Shown one piece after another: positions 16,778-26,527 of a stretch of 43,521 bases of DNA. The position numbers and the translations under genes are program-made. The first letter of the stretch is position 1, and each line of letters opens with the position of its first letter. A model generated the notes under the pieces. It was given only the letters and a program-made list of their open reading frames with translations, had not been told where the DNA came from and made no database searches. The DNA comes from an uncultured Sangeribacter sp. (GTDB lineage: Bacteria; Bacteroidota; Bacteroidia; Bacteroidales; Muribaculaceae), in contig CAYVAK010000001.1 of assembly GCA_964448425.1 (NCBI GenBank), forward strand, positions 1-43,521, read 5' to 3'.

Positions 16778-17773
16778 TTACGGAACTTTTACGGCGTCGA
16801 GGATTTCGGTTACTACATCGTCGGCAGAGATATTGCTGGCTTCGGCCTCGTAGGTGAGTCCCAAGCGGTGGCGCATCACATCGTGGCAGATGGCTCTCAC
16901 ATCTTCAGGCACCACATAGCCGCGACCTCTAAGGAATGCATAGGCTCTGGCAGCCAATGCCAAGCTTATGGATGCACGGGGTGAGGCACCGTAGTCAATG
17001 ATGTTTTCGAGATTGTTGAGGCCATATTTAGCCGGTTCGCGAGAGGCGAATACAATGTCTACTATATAGTTTTCTATCTTCTCGTCGATGTAAATTTGGC
17101 GCACCACTTTCTGCGCATCAAGAATCTCTTGCGGGTTGAGCACAGGGGTGACGGGCGGAAGCTTCTCGCCTATGTTTTGACGGATAATGAGTTTCTCATC
17201 CTCCTTTGAGGGATAGCCAATCACTACTTTAAGCAGGAAACGGTCGGTCTGAGCCTCGGGCAGAGGATATGTGCCCTCCTGCTCTATGGGGTTCTGAGTG
17301 GCCATTACCAAGAAAGGTTCGGGCAAACCGAAAGTGGTGTCGCCGATAGTCACCTGGCGCTCTTGCATGGCTTCGAGCAGGGCGCTCTGCACCTTGGCCG
17401 GAGCACGGTTTATCTCATCGGCCAACACGAAATTGGCAAACACCGGGCCTTTTTTGATTTCAAATTTCTCTTGCTTAACGCTGTATATCATAGTACCGAT
17501 TACATCGGCCGGCAGCAAGTCGGGAGTGAACTGAATTCGGCTGAATTTTGCATCAACGAGTTGCGAGAGTGTTTTAATAGCTAAAGTTTTTGCCAAACCG
17601 GGAACACCTTCCAAGAGCACGTGTCCGTTGCAAAGCAATGCAACCAACAGGGAGTCTACCAAATGCTTCTGGCCAACGATGCGCGAATCCATACCTTTGG
17701 ATATGAGCGAAACGAAATTGCTGTTTTGAGCAATCATTTCGGTTAGTTCGCGAAGATTTACAGATGAATTCAT
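16778..17773 (-). CDS. moxR: MoxR family AAA+ ATPase
   Basis: LLEGVPGLAKT, RIQFTPDLLPAD, LADEINRAPAKVQSALLEAMQE and ATQNPIEQEGTYPLPEAQ.DRF. Confidence 0.95.
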   Translation of the reverse strand: MNSSVNLRELTEMIAQNSNFVSLISKGMDSRIVGQKHLVDSLLVALLCNGHVLLEGVPGLAKTLAIKTLSQLVDAKFSRIQFTPDLLPADVIGTMIYSVKQEKFEIKKGPVFANFVLADEINRAPAKVQSALLEAMQERQVTIGDTTFGLPEPFLVMATQNPIEQEGTYPLPEAQTDRFLLKVVIGYPSKEDEKLIIRQNIGEKLPPVTPVLNPQEILDAQKVVRQIYIDEKIENYIVDIVFASREPAKYGLNNLENIIDYGASPRASISLALAARAYAFLRGRGYVVPEDVRAICHDVMRHRLGLTYEAEASNISADDVVTEILDAVKVP

Positions 17774-17810
17774 GTTGATATATGTGTTTTAAAATTCTGT
17801 TTTTCCAATG

Positions 17811-17818
17811 CAAAAGTA
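17811..17818 (-). promoter_or_regulatory. -7 promoter element for the moxR-bat operon
   Basis: Reverse complement TACTTTTG followed by CA, about 40 nt upstream of the moxR ATG. Confidence 0.6.
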
Positions 17819-17995
17819 GCACTTTTATGTTAAAACAGAAGACAATTAATGTTAAATATTGTTGCCCTGCTTATCTTCTGAATTATAGAGGTTTACAGGC
17901 AAAAGCCTGCGGCAGGGAAGCCTCCCGGAGTCGCAAGGGGGCAATTGCGGCAAGAGAGAGGCGCCGGGAAGTGATTATAGAGGGAAAGGGGGCAG

Positions 17996-19051
17996 TTAAG
18001 ATTGGAATGCGTTCCAGCCTTGAGCCTGCAGTGGCAGCTCACTGCCATCACGAGTCACCAGCGATGCACCGAGCTCGGGAGTGGTGACATAGCCTATCAC
18101 TCTTACACCCTCAAGCTTCTCCACCTTGTCGTGGTCGGTGAGGGGCACTGTGAAGAGCAGCTCATAGTCTTCGCCACCGTTGAGAGCAGCGGTCACCAGG
18201 TTCATGTTAAGCTCTTCGGCCATCACAGCTGTCTGATAGTCAATAGGTATTTTGTCTTCATAGACTCTGACACCTACCCCGCTCGCCTTGGCAATGTGGA
18301 GGAGTTCGGAAGAGAGGCCGTCACTGACATCCATCATGGCGGTGGGACGAACACCTATCTCGCGGAGTTTGGCCACAATGTCGCGGCGAGCTTCGGGTTT
18401 TAGCTGGCGTTCCAGGATATATTCTTTGCCGGAGAAGTCGGGTTGGAAATCAGGGTTGTGAGAGTCGGCGGCTACACGATTTTCGCGTTCCAGGAGTTGG
18501 AGGCCCATGTAGGCGGCTCCAAGGTCGCCCGAGACACAGATAATATCGTTGGGCTTGGCTCCGGAGCGATACACAATTTCATCTTTCGCGCCCTCGCCTA
18601 TACAGGTGATGCTTATCACAAGGCCGGAGGCTGAGGCGCTTGTGTCGCCACCCACCAGGTCCACACCATAGTTCTCGCAGGCCAGGCGGATTCCGCTATA
18701 GATTGCCTCAATGTGTTGAAGGGTGAAACGTGCCGAGACACCGATGCTCACTGTAATCTGCTTCGGGGTGCCGTTCATGGCGTATATGTCGCTGAAATTG
18801 ACCACAGCAGCCTTATAGCCCAGATGCTTGAGAGGCACATATCTCACATCGAAATGAATGCCTTCGAGCAGCAGGTCGGTGGTGACCAACACCTCTTTAT
18901 CGCCATAATTGAGCACGGCGGCATCGTCGCCCACGCCCACTTTGGTCGACTGATTTATAATTGGGAAATCCTTGGTGAGGCGCTCTATGAGGCCAAACTC
19001 GCCAAGTTCTTTAATTTCTGTCTCTTTGGGATTTATATTTTGAGTAGCCAT
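17996..19051 (-). CDS. thiL: Thiamine-monophosphate kinase
   Basis: GEFGLI, GVGDDAAV, NFSDIYAMNG, GGDT, DVSDGL and GGEDYELLFT. Confidence 0.95.
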   Translation of the reverse strand: MATQNINPKETEIKELGEFGLIERLTKDFPIINQSTKVGVGDDAAVLNYGDKEVLVTTDLLLEGIHFDVRYVPLKHLGYKAAVVNFSDIYAMNGTPKQITVSIGVSARFTLQHIEAIYSGIRLACENYGVDLVGGDTSASASGLVISITCIGEGAKDEIVYRSGAKPNDIICVSGDLGAAYMGLQLLERENRVAADSHNPDFQPDFSGKEYILERQLKPEARRDIVAKLREIGVRPTAMMDVSDGLSSELLHIAKASGVGVRVYEDKIPIDYQTAVMAEELNMNLVTAALNGGEDYELLFTVPLTDHDKVEKLEGVRVIGYVTTPELGASLVTRDGSELPLQAQGWNAFQS

Positions 19052-19174
19052 AATTATTCTTTTAGTAGGGGGAAGTGCCTGCTGGAGGCACCTCTACCCG
19101 ATTCTGAATCTCTAAGGAGGCAACACCTCCTATATGCATAACCGAAAAATTAAAGAAAAGTTGTGATGATATAC

Positions 19175-19204
19175 AAAAAAGGAGCTCAGATTCACCTAAG
19201 CTCC
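19175..19204 (-). terminator. Intrinsic terminator after the purine nucleoside phosphorylase gene
   Basis: Minus strand reads GGAGCTTAG-gtgaat-CTGAGCTCC-TTTTTT. Confidence 0.8.
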
Positions 19205-19245
19205 CTATTTATTTTGAACTTACTTAGAGCATGCGTATTAGAGCT

Positions 19246-20058
19246 CTAAATTCTGTTGACCAGCTCGGTCATGATTTCGGTCATAAACGGCTGGGCTTTA
19301 ACTGCTGCTTTCTGCACCTCTTCGTGGGTGGGGACCTCTGTGACATCCTTACCGCCAAGGTCGGTGATTACGCTCACACCAAACACTCGCATGCCGGCGT
19401 GGTTGGCAACTATAACCTCGGGCACTGTCGACATGCCCACTGCATCGCCACCTATCACACGGAAGAACTCGTATTCAGCGGGAGTCTCGAATGTAGGGCC
19501 GGGGGTGCCTACATACACACCGTGCATCACACGGATGCCTTTCTCGGCAGCAATCTCGTCGGCCAGGCGCACCAACTCGTGGCTGTAAGCCTCAGTCATG
19601 GCCGGGAAGCGGGTGCCGAGCTCATTGTAGTTTTTGCCACGGAGCGGGTTCTCGGGGAAGAGGTTTATCTGGTCGGTGATAATCATGATGTCGCCGACTT
19701 TAAAATCTTTGTTCATACCGCCGGCTGCGTTGCTCACAAAGAGAGTGTTAACTCCGATTGCCTTCATCACACGCACCGGGAAGGTGACTTGCTTCATGTC
19801 GTAGCCCTCATAGTAGTGGAAACGTCCCTGCATGGCTACTACATATTTTTCGCCCAGATAGCCGAAAATGAGCTTACCTGAATGGCCCTCTACGGTAGAT
19901 ACCGGCATGTTGGGTATCTGCTCGTAAGGAATCTCTTTAACTATTTTGATGTGCTCTACCAATTGGCCCAATCCGGTGCCAAGGATGATACCTACTTCGG
20001 GGAGCTTCTCCACCTGAGCTTTTATGAAATCAGCTGTAGTCTTTATTTTCTCTAACAT
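19246..20058 (-). CDS. punA: Purine-nucleoside phosphorylase (trimeric NP-I family)
   Basis: IILGTGLG, STVEGHSG, QGRFHYYEGY, SNAAGG, GPTFETPAE and VGMSTVPE. Confidence 0.93.
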   Translation of the reverse strand: MLEKIKTTADFIKAQVEKLPEVGIILGTGLGQLVEHIKIVKEIPYEQIPNMPVSTVEGHSGKLIFGYLGEKYVVAMQGRFHYYEGYDMKQVTFPVRVMKAIGVNTLFVSNAAGGMNKDFKVGDIMIITDQINLFPENPLRGKNYNELGTRFPAMTEAYSHELVRLADEIAAEKGIRVMHGVYVGTPGPTFETPAEYEFFRVIGGDAVGMSTVPEVIVANHAGMRVFGVSVITDLGGKDVTEVPTHEEVQKAAVKAQPFMTEIMTELVNRI

Positions 20059-20126
20059 AATCTTTAATATTGGTTATATAGAAATAATACGCATAACGCG
20101 AATAAATAGTTTTAAAGTGAGAGCTA

Positions 20127-21257
20127 TTAGTCGTTGTTTTTATCTGCCGGATAATCGCCATAGCTTTTGGCGTTTATGGCTTTGAGCAGCTCCGGCACCA
20201 GGCTCTCATGGTCTTGTCCGGCCACGACGGCAACCGATATGGGCAGATAGAACACATATGGCTTCAGATATTCCGGGAAATAGGGGTTGTTGGCAAGGCG
20301 CACCGCATCTTTTTCGGTGGTCATGATAATCTTTCTTGCGCCCTTCATCTGCGCATAGCAGTTCTCAATGTCTTCGAGGTCTTTGCGTGTGTAATTGTGA
20401 TGGTCGGGATAGTGGTTCACTCTCACACGGCAAGCGAGCTTGTTGAAGAATCGCACAAAGTCTCTCGGGTTGGCGATGCCGGTGAGTAGCATCACCGCAT
20501 CGGCTGAGGTGAGATTGGCAAGGGAAATGCTGTAGCGAGCCTCCTCTTCAAACACGGGCTGCGGAGCGCCGTATTCATATCGAGTGAAGAAAAGGTGCTG
20601 ATAAGCCATCATGTCGAGCTTCTTGGTCACCAAGCGGAGGTCGACGGGACGCACTGTCTCGGGCGTCTTGGTTACAATCACAAAGTCGGCCCTATAGTAG
20701 CCGTGAGCGCTCTCGCGCAGGCGTCCCAATGGGAGTATCTTGTCGTCGTAGATGGGACGATTATAGTCCATCAAGACCACCGACACTTTGGGTTGCACAT
20801 AGCGGTGCTGGAAAGCGTCGTCGAGAAGTATGAGGTCGATTTTAGGGTCGAGCTCCAGGAGCTTCTTAATGCCTTTGCGGCGACTTTCACACACAGCCAC
20901 CTTTGCGGTGTTGCGGAATTTGCGGTATATCTGATAAGGCTCATCGCCTATGGTGTCGGGGGTGCTATGTACAGTGGCAAACACGAATCCTTTGGTGGCG
21001 CGATGGTAGCCACGGCTCAAAACACCGATGTGGTATCTTGACGAGAGGTGCTCTATGAGATACTCTACGTGAGGGGTCTTGCCGGTGCCGCCGACAGTGA
21101 TATTTCCGACACACACCACCGGCACATCAAAGCGCTCGGAGGGGAGAATCCGGAAATCAAACATTTTATTGCGCACATAGGTCACACACCCATATAGCCA
21201 CGACAACGGCGTGAGTGCGTAAGTTATTGCTTTATCTTTTTTGGAGCGAGTTTCCAC
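20127..21257 (-). CDS. lpxK: Tetraacyldisaccharide 4'-kinase
   Basis: VGNITVGGTGKTP, LSRGY, GDEP, LDDAFQH, LPLGRLRE, PDHH and TTEKDAVRL. GTG start. Confidence 0.95.
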   Translation of the reverse strand: METRSKKDKAITYALTPLSWLYGCVTYVRNKMFDFRILPSERFDVPVVCVGNITVGGTGKTPHVEYLIEHLSSRYHIGVLSRGYHRATKGFVFATVHSTPDTIGDEPYQIYRKFRNTAKVAVCESRRKGIKKLLELDPKIDLILLDDAFQHRYVQPKVSVVLMDYNRPIYDDKILPLGRLRESAHGYYRADFVIVTKTPETVRPVDLRLVTKKLDMMAYQHLFFTRYEYGAPQPVFEEEARYSISLANLTSADAVMLLTGIANPRDFVRFFNKLACRVRVNHYPDHHNYTRKDLEDIENCYAQMKGARKIIMTTEKDAVRLANNPYFPEYLKPYVFYLPISVAVVAGQDHESLVPELLKAINAKSYGDYPADKNND

Positions 21258-21301
21258 TTTAAATTGTTGTTGGTATTAGGATTTCATTTTCATTGTCTTG
21301 C

Positions 21302-23092
21302 TCACATCACCGGCACCGGGGTCATCATTACTGCTTTCACTCTGTCGGCATTCATAATACGCTGAATAAGCTCGAGGGCCACCTTATTGAGCCGGCCCGA
21401 CTCGATGGCAGCATATACGGGAGCCAGTTTTTCTTGCATCACATCAGAGAGCATGGTCTGCCAATTCTGTTCTATCACAGGATAGACGCCCACTGCATAT
21501 GGTGTGCCAAGCGAAGCTTTAGCAGCCACCCAATCTATGGCCTGCTGCAAACCACCGATTTTATCGATTAACTTATATTGCAGAGCAGCCTGAGCGCTCA
21601 ACGGGCGACCGTCGGCCACCTCTCTAATTTTCTCAATCGGGAGGTTGCGGCCATCGGCACAGCGTTTGGTAAACACCGCATATCCCTCGTCCACCATGCC
21701 TTGCATGGCTGCGAGTTGTCCGTCGGTGAGCGACTGATAGCCGGTGAGATAAACAGCCTCTTTATTTGTGGCCACAATCTCAGCATTCACGCCCAACTTT
21801 TGCAGCAGGCCCTGCATGTTGGGTATAAGGCCGAAGATGCCGATTGAGCCGGTTATGGTCATTTTATCGGCAAAGATTTGGTCGGCGCAGCAAGATATGT
21901 AGTAGCCACCGGAGGCGGCATAATCGCCCATTGAGACAGCCAGCGGCTTGCCGGCCTTTTTAAACTCTTGGAGCGCGGCCCATATCTGTTCACTTCCGAA
22001 AGCGGAGCCGCCGGGCGAGTTGACCCTGAGCACCATTCCGGATATATTTTTATCCTTGGCCAGTTTGAGTATAAGTTCAACCAGATTTTGCGAATTGATG
22101 CCGGAGTTGCCACCCATCATGCCGTCGATCTCTCCGGTGGCATAAACCACCGCTACCTGTTTGGACTTTGTATTGTCTACACCGCCCCAGCCTGAAAGCG
22201 TGGCAGCAAGAGGTGCCGGCTCAAGGCATTTACCGAGGCCGTCTTCCATGCCCAACTCCTTGGCTATTCTATCCTCATATTGATTGCGATACATGGTGCC
22301 GTCTATCAGCTTTTGCTTAAGCAGATAGGCAGGCGCCTGCATGGCTACATAGTCGCGCGAGACTATTGAATCAAGGTTAGCGGCACTGATTTTGCGAGCG
22401 TCGGCAAGGCCTTGGCGCATATTGCTCCATATAGTGTCGAAAAGCTCCATGGACTGCGCACGCGCATAGTCGCTCATCTGCTCACAGGTGTAGGGCTCAA
22501 CGGCACTCTTGCCCTCGCCTACCCTCACAGCCTGAAATTCTATGCCGAGCTTGTCAAACAAACCCTTATAGAACAGATATTCGCCACCCACACCGTGGAG
22601 GTTGAGGCTGCCCACCGGATTGAGGTAAAGCTCGCTTGCCACACTGGCAATATAATAGGTGGCCTGGCCGATGTTGTCGCCATAGGCATAAATCTTCTTA
22701 CCGGAGGCCTTGAAGCTTAACAGGGCGTCGCGCACCGCGTTGGCCGAAGCGGCACCGGTGCTTATGTCGCCGCAATCCAGATAGATAGCCTTCACTTTGC
22801 TGTTGTTTTTGGCTTCTGTGATGGCGTTTACAAGGGTCTCAACCGTCTGATAGTTTGTGGTTGTGGAGGCCAGCAGTGTTTGCAAATTTAAGGATGCGGC
22901 ATCTTCGCGCTCTATCAGAGAGCCGGAAAGACTGATTTTCAGCACAGAATTGTCGGGCACCTCTATCTGACGACTAAAAGAGATACCGACCAAACCGACC
23001 ACCACAATTGCAGCAGCCAGACCTGATAGCATTATCGCTATCCATGCTCCCATAAATGAAGAGAGCACCTGCATGAAAAACTTTTTTAGCAT
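21302..23092 (-). CDS. sppA: Signal peptide peptidase SppA (67K type)
   Basis: KSAVEP (catalytic Lys), LRVNSPGGS, AASGGY (catalytic Ser) and TGSIGIFG. ATG at 23092 preferred. Confidence 0.93.
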   Translation of the reverse strand: MLKKFFMQVLSSFMGAWIAIMLSGLAAAIVVVGLVGISFSRQIEVPDNSVLKISLSGSLIEREDAASLNLQTLLASTTTNYQTVETLVNAITEAKNNSKVKAIYLDCGDISTGAASANAVRDALLSFKASGKKIYAYGDNIGQATYYIASVASELYLNPVGSLNLHGVGGEYLFYKGLFDKLGIEFQAVRVGEGKSAVEPYTCEQMSDYARAQSMELFDTIWSNMRQGLADARKISAANLDSIVSRDYVAMQAPAYLLKQKLIDGTMYRNQYEDRIAKELGMEDGLGKCLEPAPLAATLSGWGGVDNTKSKQVAVVYATGEIDGMMGGNSGINSQNLVELILKLAKDKNISGMVLRVNSPGGSAFGSEQIWAALQEFKKAGKPLAVSMGDYAASGGYYISCCADQIFADKMTITGSIGIFGLIPNMQGLLQKLGVNAEIVATNKEAVYLTGYQSLTDGQLAAMQGMVDEGYAVFTKRCADGRNLPIEKIREVADGRPLSAQAALQYKLIDKIGGLQQAIDWVAAKASLGTPYAVGVYPVIEQNWQTMLSDVMQEKLAPVYAAIESGRLNKVALELIQRIMNADRVKAVMMTPVPVM

Positions 23093-23201
23093 CCTTAAGT
23101 AGATATTATGGTGAGTTATTTTCAATCGGCCGACGGGCAAATAAGGCCGAAGTTGGAATCACAAGCCGCACAGCAGCTTGCGATTCCTGCCCGACTATAC
23201 A

Positions 23202-24590
23202 TTATATCAACGAATTAACCACCGCTTTTATTTCATCGGCGAGTGCATCGGCCTGCTCCATGGAGTGGGCTTCGCTGTAGATGCGGATGATGGGCTCGGT
23301 GTTCGACTTGCGGAGATGCACCCAGCTATCAGCGAAGTCAATTTTCACACCGTCGATGTCGGTGATTTTCTCATTCTTATATTTAGCTTTCAGGCTCTCG
23401 AGAATCTTATCGACATCAATGCCGGGGGTTAATTGTATTTTGTTTTTAGCTATTGCATATTGAGGATAGCCGGCTTTCAGCTCGCTCACCTTCTTGCCGC
23501 TCTTGGCCAGGAGTGTGAGGAAGAGAGCCACTCCTACGAGAGCATCGCGGCCATAGTGGAGCTCGGGATAGATAACTCCGCCATTGCCTTCGCCACCTAT
23601 CACAGCGTTGGTATCCTTCATTTTCTTTACCACATTTACTTCGCCTACAGCGGCAGCATTGTAGTCGCAACCGGCATGGGCAAGGGTCACGTCGCGCAGG
23701 GCACGCGATGAGCTCAGGTTGCTCACAGTGTTGCCGGGTGTGTGGCTAAGCACATAGTCGGCTACAGCCACAAGGGTGTATTCCTCTACAAACATATCAC
23801 CGTTTTCCATCACAATGGCGAGGCGATCAACATCGGGGTCAACCACAAAGCCGACATCGGCTTTGCCGCTCTTCATCAGTGATGCAATCTGAGTGAGGTT
23901 CTCGGGGATAGGCTCGGGAGTGTGGGCAAATTTGCCGTTCGACTCGCAATTGAGCTCTACTACATTGCTTACTCCCAGAGCTTTAAGCAGCCTGGGAATC
24001 ACGATACCGCCAACAGAGTTGACTGCATCGACAGCAACGGTGAAGTTGGCTTTCTTAATAGCCTCGACATCTACCAGCGGCAGAGCGAGCACTTTTTCAA
24101 TGTGTTTAGCGTCGTAAGTGTTGTTGGTGTAGACAGCACCGAGGTCGTCGACCTGAGCAAATTCAAAGTCGTCGTTGGCGGCGAGGCGCAACACCTCTTT
24201 GCCTTCAGCGTCGTTGAGAAATTCGCCGTTCTCATTGAGGAGTTTGAGCGCGTTCCACTGTTTGGGGTTGTGGCTCGCGGTTATGATGATGCCACCGCAA
24301 GCATTCTCTTCTGTGACGGCTATTTCGGTGGTGGGGGTGGTAGCAAGGCCTATGTTCACAACATCAAAACCCATAGCCACCAAGGCGCCTTCCACCAGAG
24401 AGGAGACCATGGGGCCGGAAAGGCGAGCGTCGCGGCCTACTACTATTTTATTTGAAGTTTTGGTGGTGCTTTTACGAATGAAAGCGGCATAAGCAGCGGT
24501 GAATTTCACTACATCGACCGCGCTTAAGCCTTCAGAAGTGCGGCCGCCTATGGTGCCGCGTATGCCTGATATTGATTTTATTAATGACAT
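23202..24590 (-). CDS. glmM: Phosphoglucosamine mutase
   Basis: SISGIRG, ITASHNP (phospho-Ser), DPDVDR, GGEGNGG and RKSNTEP. Confidence 0.9.
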   Translation of the reverse strand: MSLIKSISGIRGTIGGRTSEGLSAVDVVKFTAAYAAFIRKSTTKTSNKIVVGRDARLSGPMVSSLVEGALVAMGFDVVNIGLATTPTTEIAVTEENACGGIIITASHNPKQWNALKLLNENGEFLNDAEGKEVLRLAANDDFEFAQVDDLGAVYTNNTYDAKHIEKVLALPLVDVEAIKKANFTVAVDAVNSVGGIVIPRLLKALGVSNVVELNCESNGKFAHTPEPIPENLTQIASLMKSGKADVGFVVDPDVDRLAIVMENGDMFVEEYTLVAVADYVLSHTPGNTVSNLSSSRALRDVTLAHAGCDYNAAAVGEVNVVKKMKDTNAVIGGEGNGGVIYPELHYGRDALVGVALFLTLLAKSGKKVSELKAGYPQYAIAKNKIQLTPGIDVDKILESLKAKYKNEKITDIDGVKIDFADSWVHLRKSNTEPIIRIYSEAHSMEQADALADEIKAVVNSLI

Positions 24591-24696
24591 TTTTGCAATA
24601 GTTGTGTTATCAATTGTATGTGTGCGTGTTAACTATCATATGCGGCTCAAGCCTACACTCTAATCCGAGCTGAGAAGCAGGTAGCGCCGGGAGGGC

Positions 24697-25278
24697 TTAA
24701 TAGTAGGCCGGATAGTAACGAATGTTGTAAAGATAAGGTTGGCACTGACCTGTCTCTCCGTCGAAGCCATAGTAGCTGCGAAGCACAAGGTTTACCTCGC
24801 AGTCTACACCCAGATAGCGCAAGGGATATTGAATGCCGGCGCCATAGAGTTGCGATGAGGAGGCCAGCGTGTTATTGAATCGGAAATATGTGCTGTTGCC
24901 GTTGCCCACGTCGTTGGCATTGCCGGAGGGAGTGGCAGTTGTGCCTTCATAAAGGTTGATTATGTTGGTACGTAGATAGCGAAAATAGATTGGCTGATCG
25001 GTCTTAGCCATATTCGATTTATCTCCGGGGTTGATGACTTGCATATACACATAGCCTTCTTCGTCCAACTTATAGTACGGGGCATTCTCACCTGTGATAA
25101 ACACAGAATCGGCGGGCACCTCGGAAATTACAACCTGATTCGACAGATACCAGTTAGTGGCTTTCTCTTCTTCTTTCAGTAGTTCGGAATAGCTTTTCGA
25201 CTTGCTGCAAGCGCCTGCCGACAGGAGCATTGCAAAAGCGATGAGCATAAGAGGGGAAATTTTCTTTATCGTCTTCAT
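24697..25278 (-). CDS. DUF4827-like lipoprotein
   Basis: Lipobox LSAGAC followed by K.YSELLKEE, GYVYMQVINPG and GIQYPL.Y. Lies between nrnA and glmM as usual in Bacteroidales. ATG at 25278. Confidence 0.7.
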   Translation of the reverse strand: MKTIKKISPLMLIAFAMLLSAGACSKSKSYSELLKEEEKATNWYLSNQVVISEVPADSVFITGENAPYYKLDEEGYVYMQVINPGDKSNMAKTDQPIYFRYLRTNIINLYEGTTATPSGNANDVGNGNSTYFRFNNTLASSSQLYGAGIQYPLRYLGVDCEVNLVLRSYYGFDGETGQCQPYLYNIRYYPAYY

Positions 25279-25288
25279 ATTTAGTAAG

Positions 25289-26326
25289 TTAGTGGGTATT
25301 GCCCGGCAACAACGCATCATATTCGGGCATTATTTTCTCACATAATTTTATACATTCGTCCATTGTACCGAAAAATTTTCCGCCGGCTGCTTGCAGGTGG
25401 CCGCCGCCATTGAAGTAGCGCTCGCAGATATCGTTGACCGGGAAGCTATCCACACTTCTGGTTGAAATCTTTATGCAGTCGGTGTCTTCGCGCAGGAAAA
25501 TTGAATAGACCACACCAAAGGCTTCGCCGGCAGCATCTACGAGGCCCTCGGTATCGCCCTTTTGATAGCCGAATTTCTCAAGCTCCGAGGCGTTGAGCCA
25601 CACCAGGGCGGCCTTATGCGACTCATAGATTTTGAAATTATTGAGCAGGGCGTAGGCGTGAAGCTTGATGCCGCTAAGTGTTTTGGTGCGCATGGCTTGT
25701 TTCACTATCCACTCTTTGTCCACACCCTTCTTCATGAGCTCAAGCATGATGAGATATATCTCGGGGTCGTTGCAGTTCACACTCAGATTTTTGGTGTCGG
25801 TGATGATGCCTGTGCACAGGCATATGGCGCCGTTGAGATTGAGGGCTGTGTAGAAGCCCATGGCCGCAATCAGGCGGAAAGCCACTTCACTGGCCGACGA
25901 CATCTCGGGGTAGCAGAAAGTGAGGGCGGCAAAGCTGTCGGGATAGAGGTGATGGTCAATCATGACCTTGGGCACCTCAGAGCCTTCAATCAGCTCGCCG
26001 AGCCCTTCTTGGCGCGAGAGACGATTGAAGTCGCAACAGATTATGAGCTCGGCATCCTTTACCAGACGGCGAGCATAGTCCTCATACTTGGTGTATGCCA
26101 CCACATCGTGCATGCCCGGCATGAACGACAACTGGCGCGGAGGCTGGTCGGGTGTGAGCACTTTCACATCCTTTCCAAAGCTATACAAGAGGTGATAAAG
26201 ACCTAATGTAGAGCCCATTGCGTCGCCATCAGGCCTAACATGACACGTAAGCACAATATGATTGCTGCGCTCCAGAAGGTGGCGCAATTCTCTCACTTCT
26301 TTATCTTCAAAAACCTTGCGTATCAT
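25289..26326 (-). CDS. nrnA: DHH/DHHA1 phosphoesterase (NrnA nanoRNase/pAp phosphatase)
   Basis: HVRPDGDAMGS, IDHH, GIITDT and GGGHLQAAGG. Confidence 0.9.
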   Translation of the reverse strand: MIRKVFEDKEVRELRHLLERSNHIVLTCHVRPDGDAMGSTLGLYHLLYSFGKDVKVLTPDQPPRQLSFMPGMHDVVAYTKYEDYARRLVKDAELIICCDFNRLSRQEGLGELIEGSEVPKVMIDHHLYPDSFAALTFCYPEMSSASEVAFRLIAAMGFYTALNLNGAICLCTGIITDTKNLSVNCNDPEIYLIMLELMKKGVDKEWIVKQAMRTKTLSGIKLHAYALLNNFKIYESHKAALVWLNASELEKFGYQKGDTEGLVDAAGEAFGVVYSIFLREDTDCIKISTRSVDSFPVNDICERYFNGGGHLQAAGGKFFGTMDECIKLCEKIMPEYDALLPGNTH

Positions 26327-26374
26327 GTGTGACTTTTTTGTTAGGATTCAGTTGCCACAAGTGCAAATGATTCA

Positions 26375-26413
26375 CAAAGATAATGTTTTTTTCCCGGATT
26401 TGAGTTAACTTTG
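26375..26413. promoter_or_regulatory. Back-to-back divergent promoters for the nrnA operon and the mazG operon
   Basis: TATCTTTG on minus (26375-26382) and TAACTTTG on plus (26406-26413). Confidence 0.7.
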
Positions 26414-26527
26414 CATAGATTTTTTTAGCACACAAAGTCGGGATATGCGCCTTGCCGATTCAGCAGGCTGTTTATATCTCTGATAATGTGCTTTTTATTT
26501 AGCTTTCTCTTCTAAATAGTTATAAAT

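Noticed and set aside
9168-17773. moxR-DUF58-bat cluster as a new system
   Set aside because: It is the described Bacteroides aerotolerance (Bat) operon in canonical order.
17890-17995. Purine-rich segment with small palindromes downstream of thiL
   Set aside because: No second copy seen in the window and no convincing terminator or RNA motif.
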